DNA of 53,920 bases. Origin: Acidobacteriota bacterium. Lineage in GTDB: Bacteria; Actinomycetota; Acidimicrobiia; Acidimicrobiales; RAAP-2. The position numbers and the translations under genes were made by a program. The DNA is taken from positions 24,122 to 78,041 of the forward strand of contig JABBNY010000001.1 of assembly GCA_019352095.1 (NCBI GenBank), written 5' to 3'. The notes beneath the pieces are model-generated. The model ran no database searches and had not been told where the DNA came from. It was given only the letters and a program-made list of their open reading frames with translations. Of this stretch, positions 12,782 through 21,711 are shown piece by piece. Positions within the stretch are counted from its first letter, which is position 1. The number at the start of each line of letters is the position of its first letter.

Positions 12782-13555
12782 ATGGCGGACGCCAGCACAA
12801 TGAGGGTTTTTGCTGTAGCCAACCAAAAAGGCGGAGTTGGCAAGACAACAACGACCACATCACTCGGGGCCGCCTTGGCGGAGATGGGCAAGAGGGTTCT
12901 CGTTGTGGATCTCGACCCCCAGGGAAACGCTACGACCGGACTTGGTGTCGATGGCCGGCAATTCGAAAAATCCGTCTACGACGTGCTTTTAAACGACACG
13001 CCGATGGTGGACATTGTTGAACCGACGGGCTTCAATAACCTATTTGTAGCTCCCGCGACCCTGGACTTGGCGGGTGTCGAGCAGGAGTTGACCGCCATCA
13101 TTTCGCGAGAACTTCGTCTGAAGAGGGCCCTCTCTTCAGTGGAGGGTGATTTTGACTACGTCTTCATCGACTGCCCACCCTCACTGGGTTTGATCACGAT
13201 CAACGCATTCGCTGCGGCGACGGACATATTGGTGCCAGTCCAGACTGAGTTCTACGCGCTCGAGGGTTTGACACAACTCCAGAGAATCGTCGATTTGGTC
13301 CAGAAGAACTTGAACCCGACGCTTCGAATATCAAAGGTCGTCCTGACGATGTATGACTCGCGCAACACATTGTCCGGCGATGTCGCACGCGAAGTGAAGC
13401 GTCATTTCGAGAATGAGCTCTGCAAAACAGTTATTCCGCGAACCGTACGTCTAGCCGAAGCACCGTCGTTCGGGCAGCCGATTACAGTGTTCGATCCGAC
13501 ATCAAAGGGTGCCAAGGCATACCGCGCACTAGCAGAGGAGATCAACAATGGCTAG
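12782..13555 (+). CDS. parA: Chromosome partitioning ATPase ParA/Soj
   Basis: NQKGGVGKTTT, DLDPQGNAT, IDCPPSLG, EAPSFG. Confidence 0.97.
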   Translation: MADASTMRVFAVANQKGGVGKTTTTTSLGAALAEMGKRVLVVDLDPQGNATTGLGVDGRQFEKSVYDVLLNDTPMVDIVEPTGFNNLFVAPATLDLAGVEQELTAIISRELRLKRALSSVEGDFDYVFIDCPPSLGLITINAFAAATDILVPVQTEFYALEGLTQLQRIVDLVQKNLNPTLRISKVVLTMYDSRNTLSGDVAREVKRHFENELCKTVIPRTVRLAEAPSFGQPITVFDPTSKGAKAYRALAEEINNG

Positions 13556-14468
13556 GAAACCAGGATTGGGAAAAGGACTCGGCGCGCTCATTCCCGAGGG
13601 TGATGTTGAGGAAGTTGCCACCGTCGTTGCTTCGAGTGAGGGGCCGCTGCGAAAGGTACTAGTCGGATCGATCCGACCAAATCCGTTTCAGCCTCGAAAA
13701 TCGTTCAGTGACGAGAGTTTGCAGGCCTTGGCGTCATCCGTGCGAGAGTTGGGGGTGCTTCAGCCAATCATCGTTCGACCAGTCGAGGGTTCAGATGGTG
13801 AGTACGAGTTGATTGCTGGTGAGCGACGCTGGCGCGCCGCAGGGATCGCTGGACTCGAAATGGTCCCCGTATTGGTGCAAGACGATGTCAACGATCGATT
13901 GTCGTTGGAACAGGCTGTCGTGGAGAATCTCCATCGAGTCGACCTTCACCCTCTAGAAGAGGCGGCGGCTTACCAACAACTCATCGACGAGTTCGATCTG
14001 ACCCATGAACAAGTGGCGCAGCGTGTTGGAAAGAGCCGAGCCAACATAACGAACACTCTTCGTCTACTCCAGCTCGGTGAGGTGGCCCAGACCGCACTGG
14101 CTACTTCGCAGATCACCGCTGGACATGCGAGGTCACTGCTCGGGATCAGTGACGCCAACGCTCAGGCGACGATGGTGGCGCGGATCATCAAGAACGAATT
14201 GTCGGTGCGCGCGACCGAGGAAGTCGTTAAGGCGTTTCTCGAACCCAAGCCGATTGGTGTTCCCGAGGTTGCGGCGAAGTCAACGAGCGAGAAGCCTCGC
14301 CTTCGTCCCGTGCCCGACGCGAGTGTGGCAGAACTAGAGCAATTACTTGAGGACTACCTGAATACGCGCGTCCACGTTGACTTGAAGGGTCGCAACGGTC
14401 GTATCATCATTGACTTTGCGGACTTAGATGACCTCGAAAGGATTTACATCACCATCTCGCAGGCTTGA
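13548..14468 (+). CDS. parB: Chromosome partitioning protein ParB/Spo0J
   Basis: GLGKGLGALI, NPFQPR, AGERRWRA, HTH VGKSRANITNTLRLL. Confidence 0.97.
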   Translation: MARKPGLGKGLGALIPEGDVEEVATVVASSEGPLRKVLVGSIRPNPFQPRKSFSDESLQALASSVRELGVLQPIIVRPVEGSDGEYELIAGERRWRAAGIAGLEMVPVLVQDDVNDRLSLEQAVVENLHRVDLHPLEEAAAYQQLIDEFDLTHEQVAQRVGKSRANITNTLRLLQLGEVAQTALATSQITAGHARSLLGISDANAQATMVARIIKNELSVRATEEVVKAFLEPKPIGVPEVAAKSTSEKPRLRPVPDASVAELEQLLEDYLNTRVHVDLKGRNGRIIIDFADLDDLERIYITISQA

Positions 14469-14504
14469 TCGGGTTCAACCCTCAACTTAACCCTCATGTT
14501 GAAG

Positions 14505-14620
14505 TTTTCCCCAAGTTGTGGATGAAGTTGTGGGTTACTTAGTTTTTAGGCAAAACTTCAGCCATTTCCCTGCCCAGGGAGGGAAATGAACGTTCCACTT
14601 TTAGCGTTATCTGTGGATAA
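14505..14620. promoter_or_regulatory. Secondary DnaA-box cluster
   Basis: TTTTCCCCA 14505, TGTGGATGA 14517, TGTGGGTTA 14529 (12-bp period) and perfect TGTGGATAA 14612. Confidence 0.65.
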
Positions 14621-15557
14621 CTTCTAGAACAACTGACGATATGGCTTGTGCGAGGTCTCGCAGGCCCTTTTCGTCGTGAGTGCCGACTTCAATGTGCAAT
14701 GTCGTCATTTGGGTCTCGCGCAAGATGGGTAACGTCATCCCCGTCAACTCAACCCGCAACGGGTGTTCGCCCTGGGACAATCGAGCGGCAATGGCGCTCG
14801 CGAGGCGCTCGCCACGGCGCGAATACGACCAATAGCTCGCCCAGTAGTGGAAATGAACGGCCTTGGCGCCATCAGCGCCGTTGAGGTTGGCGAGTGAGAG
14901 CACGACAATCGCACGACTTTCATTAGCGATGGTGGCGATCTGATCGGTGCCCACGGCGTCGAGCGACAACGTTAGGTAGTGCGTCTCGAGCGCGCGCGTC
15001 ACGAGATCACGAAGGGGGTTCCACCCACAGATGATGACGGGGCCACCATGCTCGGCGTCGAAACCCGCCAGATCACGGGCGTCGGTCACCAGGTTGCGAG
15101 AAGATGCCGAGGGCGAGACGCGATTGAGTTCGTTCAACGTCTCCCTCGTCAAAGTGCCATTCACACTGATCGCGCAGTTGCGTTGAAACTCAATGATGGC
15201 CTCTTCGAGGATTGGGCCGAAGATGCCATCGATTCGACCTGGATTGAACCCCAACTGCGCGAGGCGTACCTGGAGGTCGGCGACGTCGTCGCCACGCAGA
15301 CACGGTCGGGCAAGATAGAGGAGTCTTTGGCCGAGGCGCCAACCCGCTTCAACGAGTCGCGACCAGGTGAGTTCATCAACTTCACCGGTAATGACCAGGC
15401 CCCGCGCACGTTGAAAGGCTTGAACGAGGGCAACCGTTTCGTCCCCGTATACCTCGGGTGTCGTGCTCAGCGATTCGTGGCCCAATTGGGCCAGACGCTC
15501 ATGCAGGTCGCGTACACGTTGTCCGTGGGCGCCGCGCTGGAGAGTGGTGAACTTCAG
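14607..15557 (-). CDS. CwlM-like protein: two peptidoglycan-binding domains plus degenerate amidase domain
   Basis: PG-binding repeats (RGDDVADLQVRLAQLGF..DGIFGP; LVEAGWRLGQRLLY); position after trxA as for mycobacterial cwlM; ORF track starts at TTG 15485 but the domain continues upstream, CTG 15557 proposed. Confidence 0.8.
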   Translation of the reverse strand: MKFTTLQRGAHGQRVRDLHERLAQLGHESLSTTPEVYGDETVALVQAFQRARGLVITGEVDELTWSRLVEAGWRLGQRLLYLARPCLRGDDVADLQVRLAQLGFNPGRIDGIFGPILEEAIIEFQRNCAISVNGTLTRETLNELNRVSPSASSRNLVTDARDLAGFDAEHGGPVIICGWNPLRDLVTRALETHYLTLSLDAVGTDQIATIANESRAIVVLSLANLNGADGAKAVHFHYWASYWSYSRRGERLASAIAARLSQGEHPLRVELTGMTLPILRETQMTTLHIEVGTHDEKGLRDLAQAISSVVLEVIHR

Positions 15558-15565
15558 GGTCTGGA

Positions 15566-15889
15566 CTAGAGGTTCGCGGTGATCTCTTGTAGCAGAGCGC
15601 CCTTGGGCTTCGCTCCAACGAGGCGAGCGACGACCTCGCCATCCTTGAAGAGCAGCAATGTCGGGATGCTCATGACCGAGAACTTGGTCGCGGTTGCCAC
15701 GTTGACGTCAACGTCCAGCTTGCCGATGGTGAATTTGTCCTGCTCGCGCGAGAACTCTTCCAGGATTGGGGCGATCATCTTGCAGGGTCCGCACCATTCG
15801 GCCCAGAAATCGACAAGGATTGGCTTGTCCGCCGCGCCAATGACTTCGTCAAAGGTGGCGTCAGTCAGGGTGGTGATCGGGCTACTCAT
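15566..15889 (-). CDS. trxA: Thioredoxin
   Basis: [12 protein letters not shown]; ATG 15889 after GGAGGT. Confidence 0.96.
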   Translation of the reverse strand: MSSPITTLTDATFDEVIGAADKPILVDFWAEWCGPCKMIAPILEEFSREQDKFTIGKLDVDVNVATATKFSVMSIPTLLLFKDGEVVARLVGAKPKGALLQEITANL

Positions 15890-15947
15890 AATTACCTCCA
15901 AAGCGCCAAGGTCGTGGCGTCGCACATACCACCTTAGCGAGGAGGTG

Positions 15948-16901
15948 TCAATATCCCTGCGCTTCGAGCCATCGTTCGGCGTCGATGGCGGCGATGCAAC
16001 CCGAGCCGGCCGACGTGATCGCCTGGCGATAGACGTGGTCCTGCACGTCGCCAGCCGCGAAGAGTCCATCGATGGTCGTGTAGGAGCCGAGACCCGTTCT
16101 CACGTACCCGTTCTCTTCAAGTTCGACCTGGTCTGAGACGAGTGTGGTGTTTGGGACGTGACCAATGGCGACGAACACGCCCGTCACGTCAAGAACCCGT
16201 TCCTCACCCGACACGGTGTCGCGCACGAGCAGCCCCGACACGCGATCATCGCCGAGGACTTCAACCACTTGGGTATTCCACGCGAATCGGATCTTCTCGT
16301 TGGCAAAGGCTCGCTCCTGCATGATCTTCGATGCTCGAAGTGCATCGCGGCGATGCACAACGGTGACGCTGGATGCGAATCTGGTGAGGAAGGTCGCTTC
16401 CTCGATGGCGGAGTCGCCACCGCCGACGACCGCGATGTCCTGGCCACGAAAGAAGAAACCGTCACAGGTGGCGCAGGTGGAGAGACCGTGGCTCAGCAGG
16501 CGCTCTTCACCCGGCACGTTCATCATGAGCGACTGGGCGCCCGTTGCGAGGATGACGGCATCGGCGGTGATACTCGGCTCCTCATCGTCGGTGAGCCACG
16601 CTCGAAATGGACGCTGTCGCGTATCGAGTTTTTGAACCTTGGTCACGCGCAGATCGGCACCGAATCGTTCGGCTTGGGCGCGCATGTTGCTCATGAGTTC
16701 GGGGCCAGTGATGGATTCAGGAAATCCGGGGAAGTTCTCGATCTCCGTCGTGAGCATGAGTTGACCACCTGGTTGGTCGGTGGTCGACGAGGGCTCACCT
16801 TCTATGACAATGGGGTTCAACTGAGCGCGAGCGGTATAGATCGCGGCGGTAAGACCGGCGGGGCCGGAGCCGATGATGAGTACACGAGTGTGTTCAGGCA
16901 T
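15948..16901 (-). CDS. trxB: Thioredoxin reductase
   Basis: [35 protein letters not shown]; ATG 16901 overlaps the upstream TAA. Confidence 0.97.
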   Translation of the reverse strand: MPEHTRVLIIGSGPAGLTAAIYTARAQLNPIVIEGEPSSTTDQPGGQLMLTTEIENFPGFPESITGPELMSNMRAQAERFGADLRVTKVQKLDTRQRPFRAWLTDDEEPSITADAVILATGAQSLMMNVPGEERLLSHGLSTCATCDGFFFRGQDIAVVGGGDSAIEEATFLTRFASSVTVVHRRDALRASKIMQERAFANEKIRFAWNTQVVEVLGDDRVSGLLVRDTVSGEERVLDVTGVFVAIGHVPNTTLVSDQVELEENGYVRTGLGSYTTIDGLFAAGDVQDHVYRQAITSAGSGCIAAIDAERWLEAQGY

Positions 16902-17218
16902 TATTTCCTTAGATTGACAGGGCGACGACGACGCCAGATGACGAGACCGGTGACCAAGGACGCGCCGCCCACGATTGCGTAGGTGATCCACTCGTGACCC
17001 GCAAAGAAGTAGACGTTGCACAGTCGCACGAGGCCAATGAGGAGTGCGCTGACCACGAGCACCGACATCACGACGATGATGAATCCAAACGCAATCGCTC
17101 GGCCCGCGAGCAGCAAGGGACGAAGCACTCGATCATGGATCAGGTCGAGGACGTGATCAAAGGAACCTAACGCCTTATCGACGAAGTCGGGCCCTCGGTC
17201 CTTTTCGTTCTCGTTCAC
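16901..17218 (-). CDS. Small two-TM membrane protein of unknown function
   Basis: Two hydrophobic helices, basic tail; TAAGTT -10 six nt before GTG; TAATG overlap with trxB. Confidence 0.75.
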   Translation of the reverse strand: MNENEKDRGPDFVDKALGSFDHVLDLIHDRVLRPLLLAGRAIAFGFIIVVMSVLVVSALLIGLVRLCNVYFFAGHEWITYAIVGGASLVTGLVIWRRRRPVNLRK

Positions 17219-17244
17219 ACCTAGAACTTAGCGGTGTGCAGGGC

Positions 17245-18084
17245 TCAAGCCTCAATCCAACACAGTGCGACGATTCCGGGCCCGCCGTGGGTGCCAACCA
17301 CGGGTCCCATGTCGGTGACCACCAAGTCGAACTCGCTAGGAATATTGGCGACGAGATCTTGCGCGGTCTTGATATCGCTGGCGTCTCCGTGGACCAACGC
17401 CAAGCGGCGTAAGGGGACGTGGGACATTGCCACGTCGACAATCGCCTGGAGCGCCTTGGCGCGGGTGCGCTGTCGCCCGGCTTCGGCGACCACCCCGTCC
17501 TTCAGCACCAGCAAGGGTTTGATGGCGAGTACTTGACCGAGCAGCGCACGCGCGCCACCGATGCGACCACCTTTGACGAGGTGCTCAAGGGTATCGAGCA
17601 TGCCCACGACACCGACCTTCTCCCGCAATGATTCGGCGCGCGCGACGAGCTCGTCGAGCATCGCGCCGGTGCGCGCGAGCTCGGCGATCTCTATGGCGAG
17701 GAGGCCCTGGGCCATCGAGACCGCCTTGGTGTCGACGATGCGCACCGGTATCGTGTCGGCAACGGTGGTGGCGGCGAGCTGAGCGGATTGGTTGGTCGCA
17801 GAAAGTGCCGCCGAGATGGTGAGGACGATCACACCATCAAAGCCCTCGGTCTTGGCGCGCTCGTAGGCGTGTTGGAACGCACCCGGCGAGGGTGCGGCCG
17901 TCTCGGGCAACGTCTTTGACTTCTTGCACTTCGCCCAGAACTGAGCGGGCGTCAAATCGACACGGTCGGTGAATTCTTCGTCGCCGAATCGAATCGTGAG
18001 TGACACGATGTCGATGTCGAGTTCACGGGCAATCTCGTCGGGTAGGTCACACGCGCTGTCGGTGAGTACTCGAATGTGTGCCAT
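17245..18084 (-). CDS. DegV/FakB family fatty-acid-binding protein
   Basis: VLTDSACDLP, TAAPSPG, ISAALSAT, LVKGGRIG, VVGTHGGPG; ATG 18084 after AAGGAG. Confidence 0.92.
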   Translation of the reverse strand: MAHIRVLTDSACDLPDEIARELDIDIVSLTIRFGDEEFTDRVDLTPAQFWAKCKKSKTLPETAAPSPGAFQHAYERAKTEGFDGVIVLTISAALSATNQSAQLAATTVADTIPVRIVDTKAVSMAQGLLAIEIAELARTGAMLDELVARAESLREKVGVVGMLDTLEHLVKGGRIGGARALLGQVLAIKPLLVLKDGVVAEAGRQRTRAKALQAIVDVAMSHVPLRRLALVHGDASDIKTAQDLVANIPSEFDLVVTDMGPVVGTHGGPGIVALCWIEA

Positions 18085-18098
18085 GGTTCTCCTTAGAA

Positions 18099-19697
18099 CT
18101 AGCCAAGCCTTGCAGTTTTCGTGGCCCTGCGAGTGATGGCCTGGTGTGAGATGACTACAAAGCCTACGTAGGTCATCGCTCCAAGGCCCATGGCGAGTGA
18201 GAAGCGGATAATGAGCCCGAAACCCTGGCTCCAGGTGGGTACGGCGTACGCAACAGCCATGACCAGGGTTGCCGCCAACGACGCGCGAAGGCTGCGGCGC
18301 ACGTGCAGCGACCAAAGGGACGAGATTATGTTCACGTGGTGGCGCGCCAGTGAGAATACCGACAAGATGGCGGCGGCGGAGTAGGCGATCGACACACTGG
18401 CGGTGAGTCCCGCGAGCGAATTTCGACCCAGCAGGACGCACAAACCAATCGTGAGCCCGTTTTCAAAGACGTAGAGGAAGAAGATCTCGCGGGCGCGCTG
18501 GAGCGCTTGAAGTCCGCGCACGCTGAGCTGGAAGACCGTGAAACCGGGAAGGCCCGCCGCGAGTATGGCGATCACCGTGCCGGCGGAGTGGTGGTGCACG
18601 ACACTGACGTGCTTGAGGAATATGCCCGCGATGGGCTGGGCGAGGATCACCATGACCAGCGTGCAGGGGATGATGATGACCAGTGACTGTCGAAGTCCAA
18701 AACGCAGCCGGTCAGCCAGACCGCCAAAATCTTCGTTGGTGGCGAAACCGGCCAGTTGCGGTGTGATGGCCCCGAGCACCGAGACCACGATCACCGCGTA
18801 GGGCATCTGCATGAATGACCAACCGTAGGTGTAGGCGCTGACCGGGCCGCTGCCACCGATGCCAAAGGCGTAGGCGAGCACGACGTACAGCGAGATCTGG
18901 TTGGTGAGGACCACGAGCAGAATCCACGTACTGAGACGGCCGACCGCGCGCACCGCCGGGTCGCGTAGATCGAGACGAAGCGAAATACGCCAGAGATCAC
19001 TTCGCGCAAGCGACGGCAAGAGACACGCGAACTGGACTGCGACGCCGAGCGTGGTGCCCGCACCGAGCCAGAGCAGATCACGCGATCCCTGCAGCGAGGC
19101 GAGCGTTGGACTCGGATCGACCAGATGGAACCAGATCAAGACGCCGATACAGACGAAGTTGTTCACCACCGGCACCCAGGCGGGCGCGCCGAAGCGATTG
19201 CGGATATTCAACAGGGCGGTGGCGATCGCTATGACGCCATAGAAGAAGATCTGGGGCACGAACCAACGCAGCAGCGTGGTGGCCACCGCACGCTGATGGG
19301 CGAGCAGCGTGACCGATTGCGTGGTGACACCGTGGTGCATCAAGGTGAAGCCCTCGATGATCCACGGCGCGGTCCACCAGACCACGACCGAGGCGACCAC
19401 CAACGTGAGTAGTGCACCGGTGATGACACTCGAGATGGATTTCCACGCACGTCGTTCGCCGTCGAGCGTGAGGCGTTCGACGAACACCGGGATGAAGGTC
19501 GCGCCAGCGATGCCACCTAACACCAAGTCGAACAACATGTTGGGCATGGTGTTGGCGAGGTTGTACGCGTCGGCGATGGGCGAGAGGCCGAGGACCCACG
19601 CCAGGACCATTATGCGAAGCAGCCCCGTCAGGCGTGAGACGAGCGTGCCGGCGGCCATTGAGGTGACGCGAGAGCCGTGTGTGCTTTCGATGGTCAT
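18099..19697 (-). CDS. murJ: Lipid II flippase MurJ/MviN
   Basis: GTLVSRLTGLLR, AYNLANTMPN, PQIFFYG; many TMs; ATGA overlap at 19697. Confidence 0.92.
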   Translation of the reverse strand: MTIESTHGSRVTSMAAGTLVSRLTGLLRIMVLAWVLGLSPIADAYNLANTMPNMLFDLVLGGIAGATFIPVFVERLTLDGERRAWKSISSVITGALLTLVVASVVVWWTAPWIIEGFTLMHHGVTTQSVTLLAHQRAVATTLLRWFVPQIFFYGVIAIATALLNIRNRFGAPAWVPVVNNFVCIGVLIWFHLVDPSPTLASLQGSRDLLWLGAGTTLGVAVQFACLLPSLARSDLWRISLRLDLRDPAVRAVGRLSTWILLVVLTNQISLYVVLAYAFGIGGSGPVSAYTYGWSFMQMPYAVIVVSVLGAITPQLAGFATNEDFGGLADRLRFGLRQSLVIIIPCTLVMVILAQPIAGIFLKHVSVVHHHSAGTVIAILAAGLPGFTVFQLSVRGLQALQRAREIFFLYVFENGLTIGLCVLLGRNSLAGLTASVSIAYSAAAILSVFSLARHHVNIISSLWSLHVRRSLRASLAATLVMAVAYAVPTWSQGFGLIIRFSLAMGLGAMTYVGFVVISHQAITRRATKTARLG

Positions 19698-21652
19698 CGG
19701 GCGTGGTGTCCCTTGGTCTTGCGTCGGTAGGTGCGTATCCACCAGTAGGCGAGTACGAGCAGTGACGCGAGCGTGAGCAGGTACCCCACGAGCGAATTTC
19801 CGGCGATGCGCACCTGGATCGCGCTGCGGGCGAGGACCAGTTGGCCGTTGGGTGATGTCACCACCACCTGCAGGGTGAGATCACTCCCCAAGTGGTTCGA
19901 CGTCGGAACTCGAATCGACGTTGTGACGGAGTTCAAGGTCACGGTCACGTTGGACCCCTTGGGAAAGCTCAAGCGGTCGGTGATGAGATGTACGACCGCG
20001 GTCACCGGGTACTTCGCGTGACTGAGCACCGTGATGGGTAGCGCGGTCCCGGGGCCGGTCAGGGTGATGGGACTCTCGTCGATTGAGAAGTTGCTGAGCT
20101 GTGCGAAGAGTGCGGTGCTGGCGTCGTTGAGTAGGTTCTGGCGCTGGGTTGTGTCACCCGTGATCTGAGCGCTCGCGACCTCGACATCGAGGCTGTCGAT
20201 CACGGGTGCGGTCTTGACCGCCTGGCCGAAGGAATTGACCTGGTTGATCAGTGTGGTGAGGGTGTTGATATTGCGCGACGACCAGTTCCAGGTCGCGCTC
20301 GCGGCGCTCACCCTCGTCGCGGGGGCACCGTTGGTGGCGATGAGCGAAGAATCGAACGATGGAGAAAGATTCGAGGCCACGGCGAACGGGTCGTGCGACA
20401 GTCCGTCAGCCAAGGCGTCGAGGTAGGCACTTGATGTCTTGGCGACCGGCACCTCCATCACGACTGTGCGAGTCGCGGGCGCATTTGGTGCTTCGAAATG
20501 CAAGAAGGCGAGCGTACCGAGGGTCAGGACCGCTCGTCGTCCGGGTCCAATCGATGTGTTCATCGCGAGTTGCTGAAGGGGTGTATCGGTGGCGAGCGCC
20601 GTGATGCTCGGCGTACCCGCAATCTTGAAGGGGGCGCCCCAGGTGAGCGTGGAGGTGGGCGAGGGGTTCAATGAGGTGTCGGGGAGCACGATCTCGCTGA
20701 CGTGCGCGGTGGTGAGTGCTCGAATGTCGCGCACCGTGGGACTGCCGGTCAGGACAACCGCGCCATCGGCGTAGTGCCCGGTCACCTTCTGCAGTAATTG
20801 AGTGCAGAGTGAGATTTGCTGACTGACCTGGGAAGGGAAACCGTGGCGCACGAGGCCCGCGAAGTCGATGTTCGACGGGGGCGCAGCCGCCGCGCGGTGG
20901 AGGGGACTCGCGAGTGCTTTGTTGAGTGCGTCACGCCACGCCACGCCCGAGGGCGTGTCCAACTGTTCGACTGCGGCCAAGGTTCGATAGTCGGCGGTCA
21001 GGGTGAGTGGGAACGAACTGAGGTGCGCGATTGCATTAAGGACGCCTTGGGAGGCTGCGCTCGCTCGCAGTGACGAAGGATCGAGGGCTTCGATCACGTC
21101 GAGTTGCAGGGGGCGTACGGGGCTGGTTGCTTCAATGGTGAGTAGCGACCATTCCGTTGTCGTGATACCGACTTTGGTGACGGAGTAACTCAGTGGATAG
21201 ACGCCGTCGCACTGGCCGCTCGCACAGACCAGATGCAGCCGGGCCGGTTGACTCAGACACGGCGTGCTCTCCCTGCGAGCTTTCGTGGTGAAGACGTTGA
21301 CCGTGAACTCTGCCGTGCCGTGGGTAACACACTTCAAGGTGAAGTTGCCGGTCGTTGCGAGACTGGCCCCGGTCACACCAGCGCCGTCGTAGATGGCGGT
21401 GAGTTGGGATCGTTCGATGATGCGGGGGTAGAGAGAGATCTGCACGACCGCCGCACCTGGACGTTTTCCCACGTCCAGCGTGACCCCAAACCGGGCCGAA
21501 CCCTTCGCGGAGAGTTGGGCAACCGAGCTTTGATGCGCCAGGTTGAATGAGACCGTCGTCCCAGCGTGCGCGGCCGTAGGCCACGTCACCGTTGCGAGGC
21601 TGAGGAGTACGACGCTGAGCGCCCGCCACCAGGTCGTAAATCGGTGGAACAT
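19694..21652 (-). CDS. Exported C-terminally anchored protein (DUF6049/Rv3909-like)
   Basis: Signal peptide ending AAHA, C-terminal TM and basic tail; sits upstream of murJ; family assigned mainly by synteny. Confidence 0.7.
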   Translation of the reverse strand: MFHRFTTWWRALSVVLLSLATVTWPTAAHAGTTVSFNLAHQSSVAQLSAKGSARFGVTLDVGKRPGAAVVQISLYPRIIERSQLTAIYDGAGVTGASLATTGNFTLKCVTHGTAEFTVNVFTTKARRESTPCLSQPARLHLVCASGQCDGVYPLSYSVTKVGITTTEWSLLTIEATSPVRPLQLDVIEALDPSSLRASAASQGVLNAIAHLSSFPLTLTADYRTLAAVEQLDTPSGVAWRDALNKALASPLHRAAAAPPSNIDFAGLVRHGFPSQVSQQISLCTQLLQKVTGHYADGAVVLTGSPTVRDIRALTTAHVSEIVLPDTSLNPSPTSTLTWGAPFKIAGTPSITALATDTPLQQLAMNTSIGPGRRAVLTLGTLAFLHFEAPNAPATRTVVMEVPVAKTSSAYLDALADGLSHDPFAVASNLSPSFDSSLIATNGAPATRVSAASATWNWSSRNINTLTTLINQVNSFGQAVKTAPVIDSLDVEVASAQITGDTTQRQNLLNDASTALFAQLSNFSIDESPITLTGPGTALPITVLSHAKYPVTAVVHLITDRLSFPKGSNVTVTLNSVTTSIRVPTSNHLGSDLTLQVVVTSPNGQLVLARSAIQVRIAGNSLVGYLLTLASLLVLAYWWIRTYRRKTKGHHAR

Positions 21653-21711
21653 GCTGTTACAGGCTACCTTCGGTTTCACGCGTACCTTGTCGCCCACTAC
21701 CCTCGTTCGCA

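Noticed and set aside
14474-14503. AACCCTCA repeats as a MerR-type FtsR/Rv1828 site
   Set aside because: Only one half resembles the dyad, and it lies between convergent gene ends
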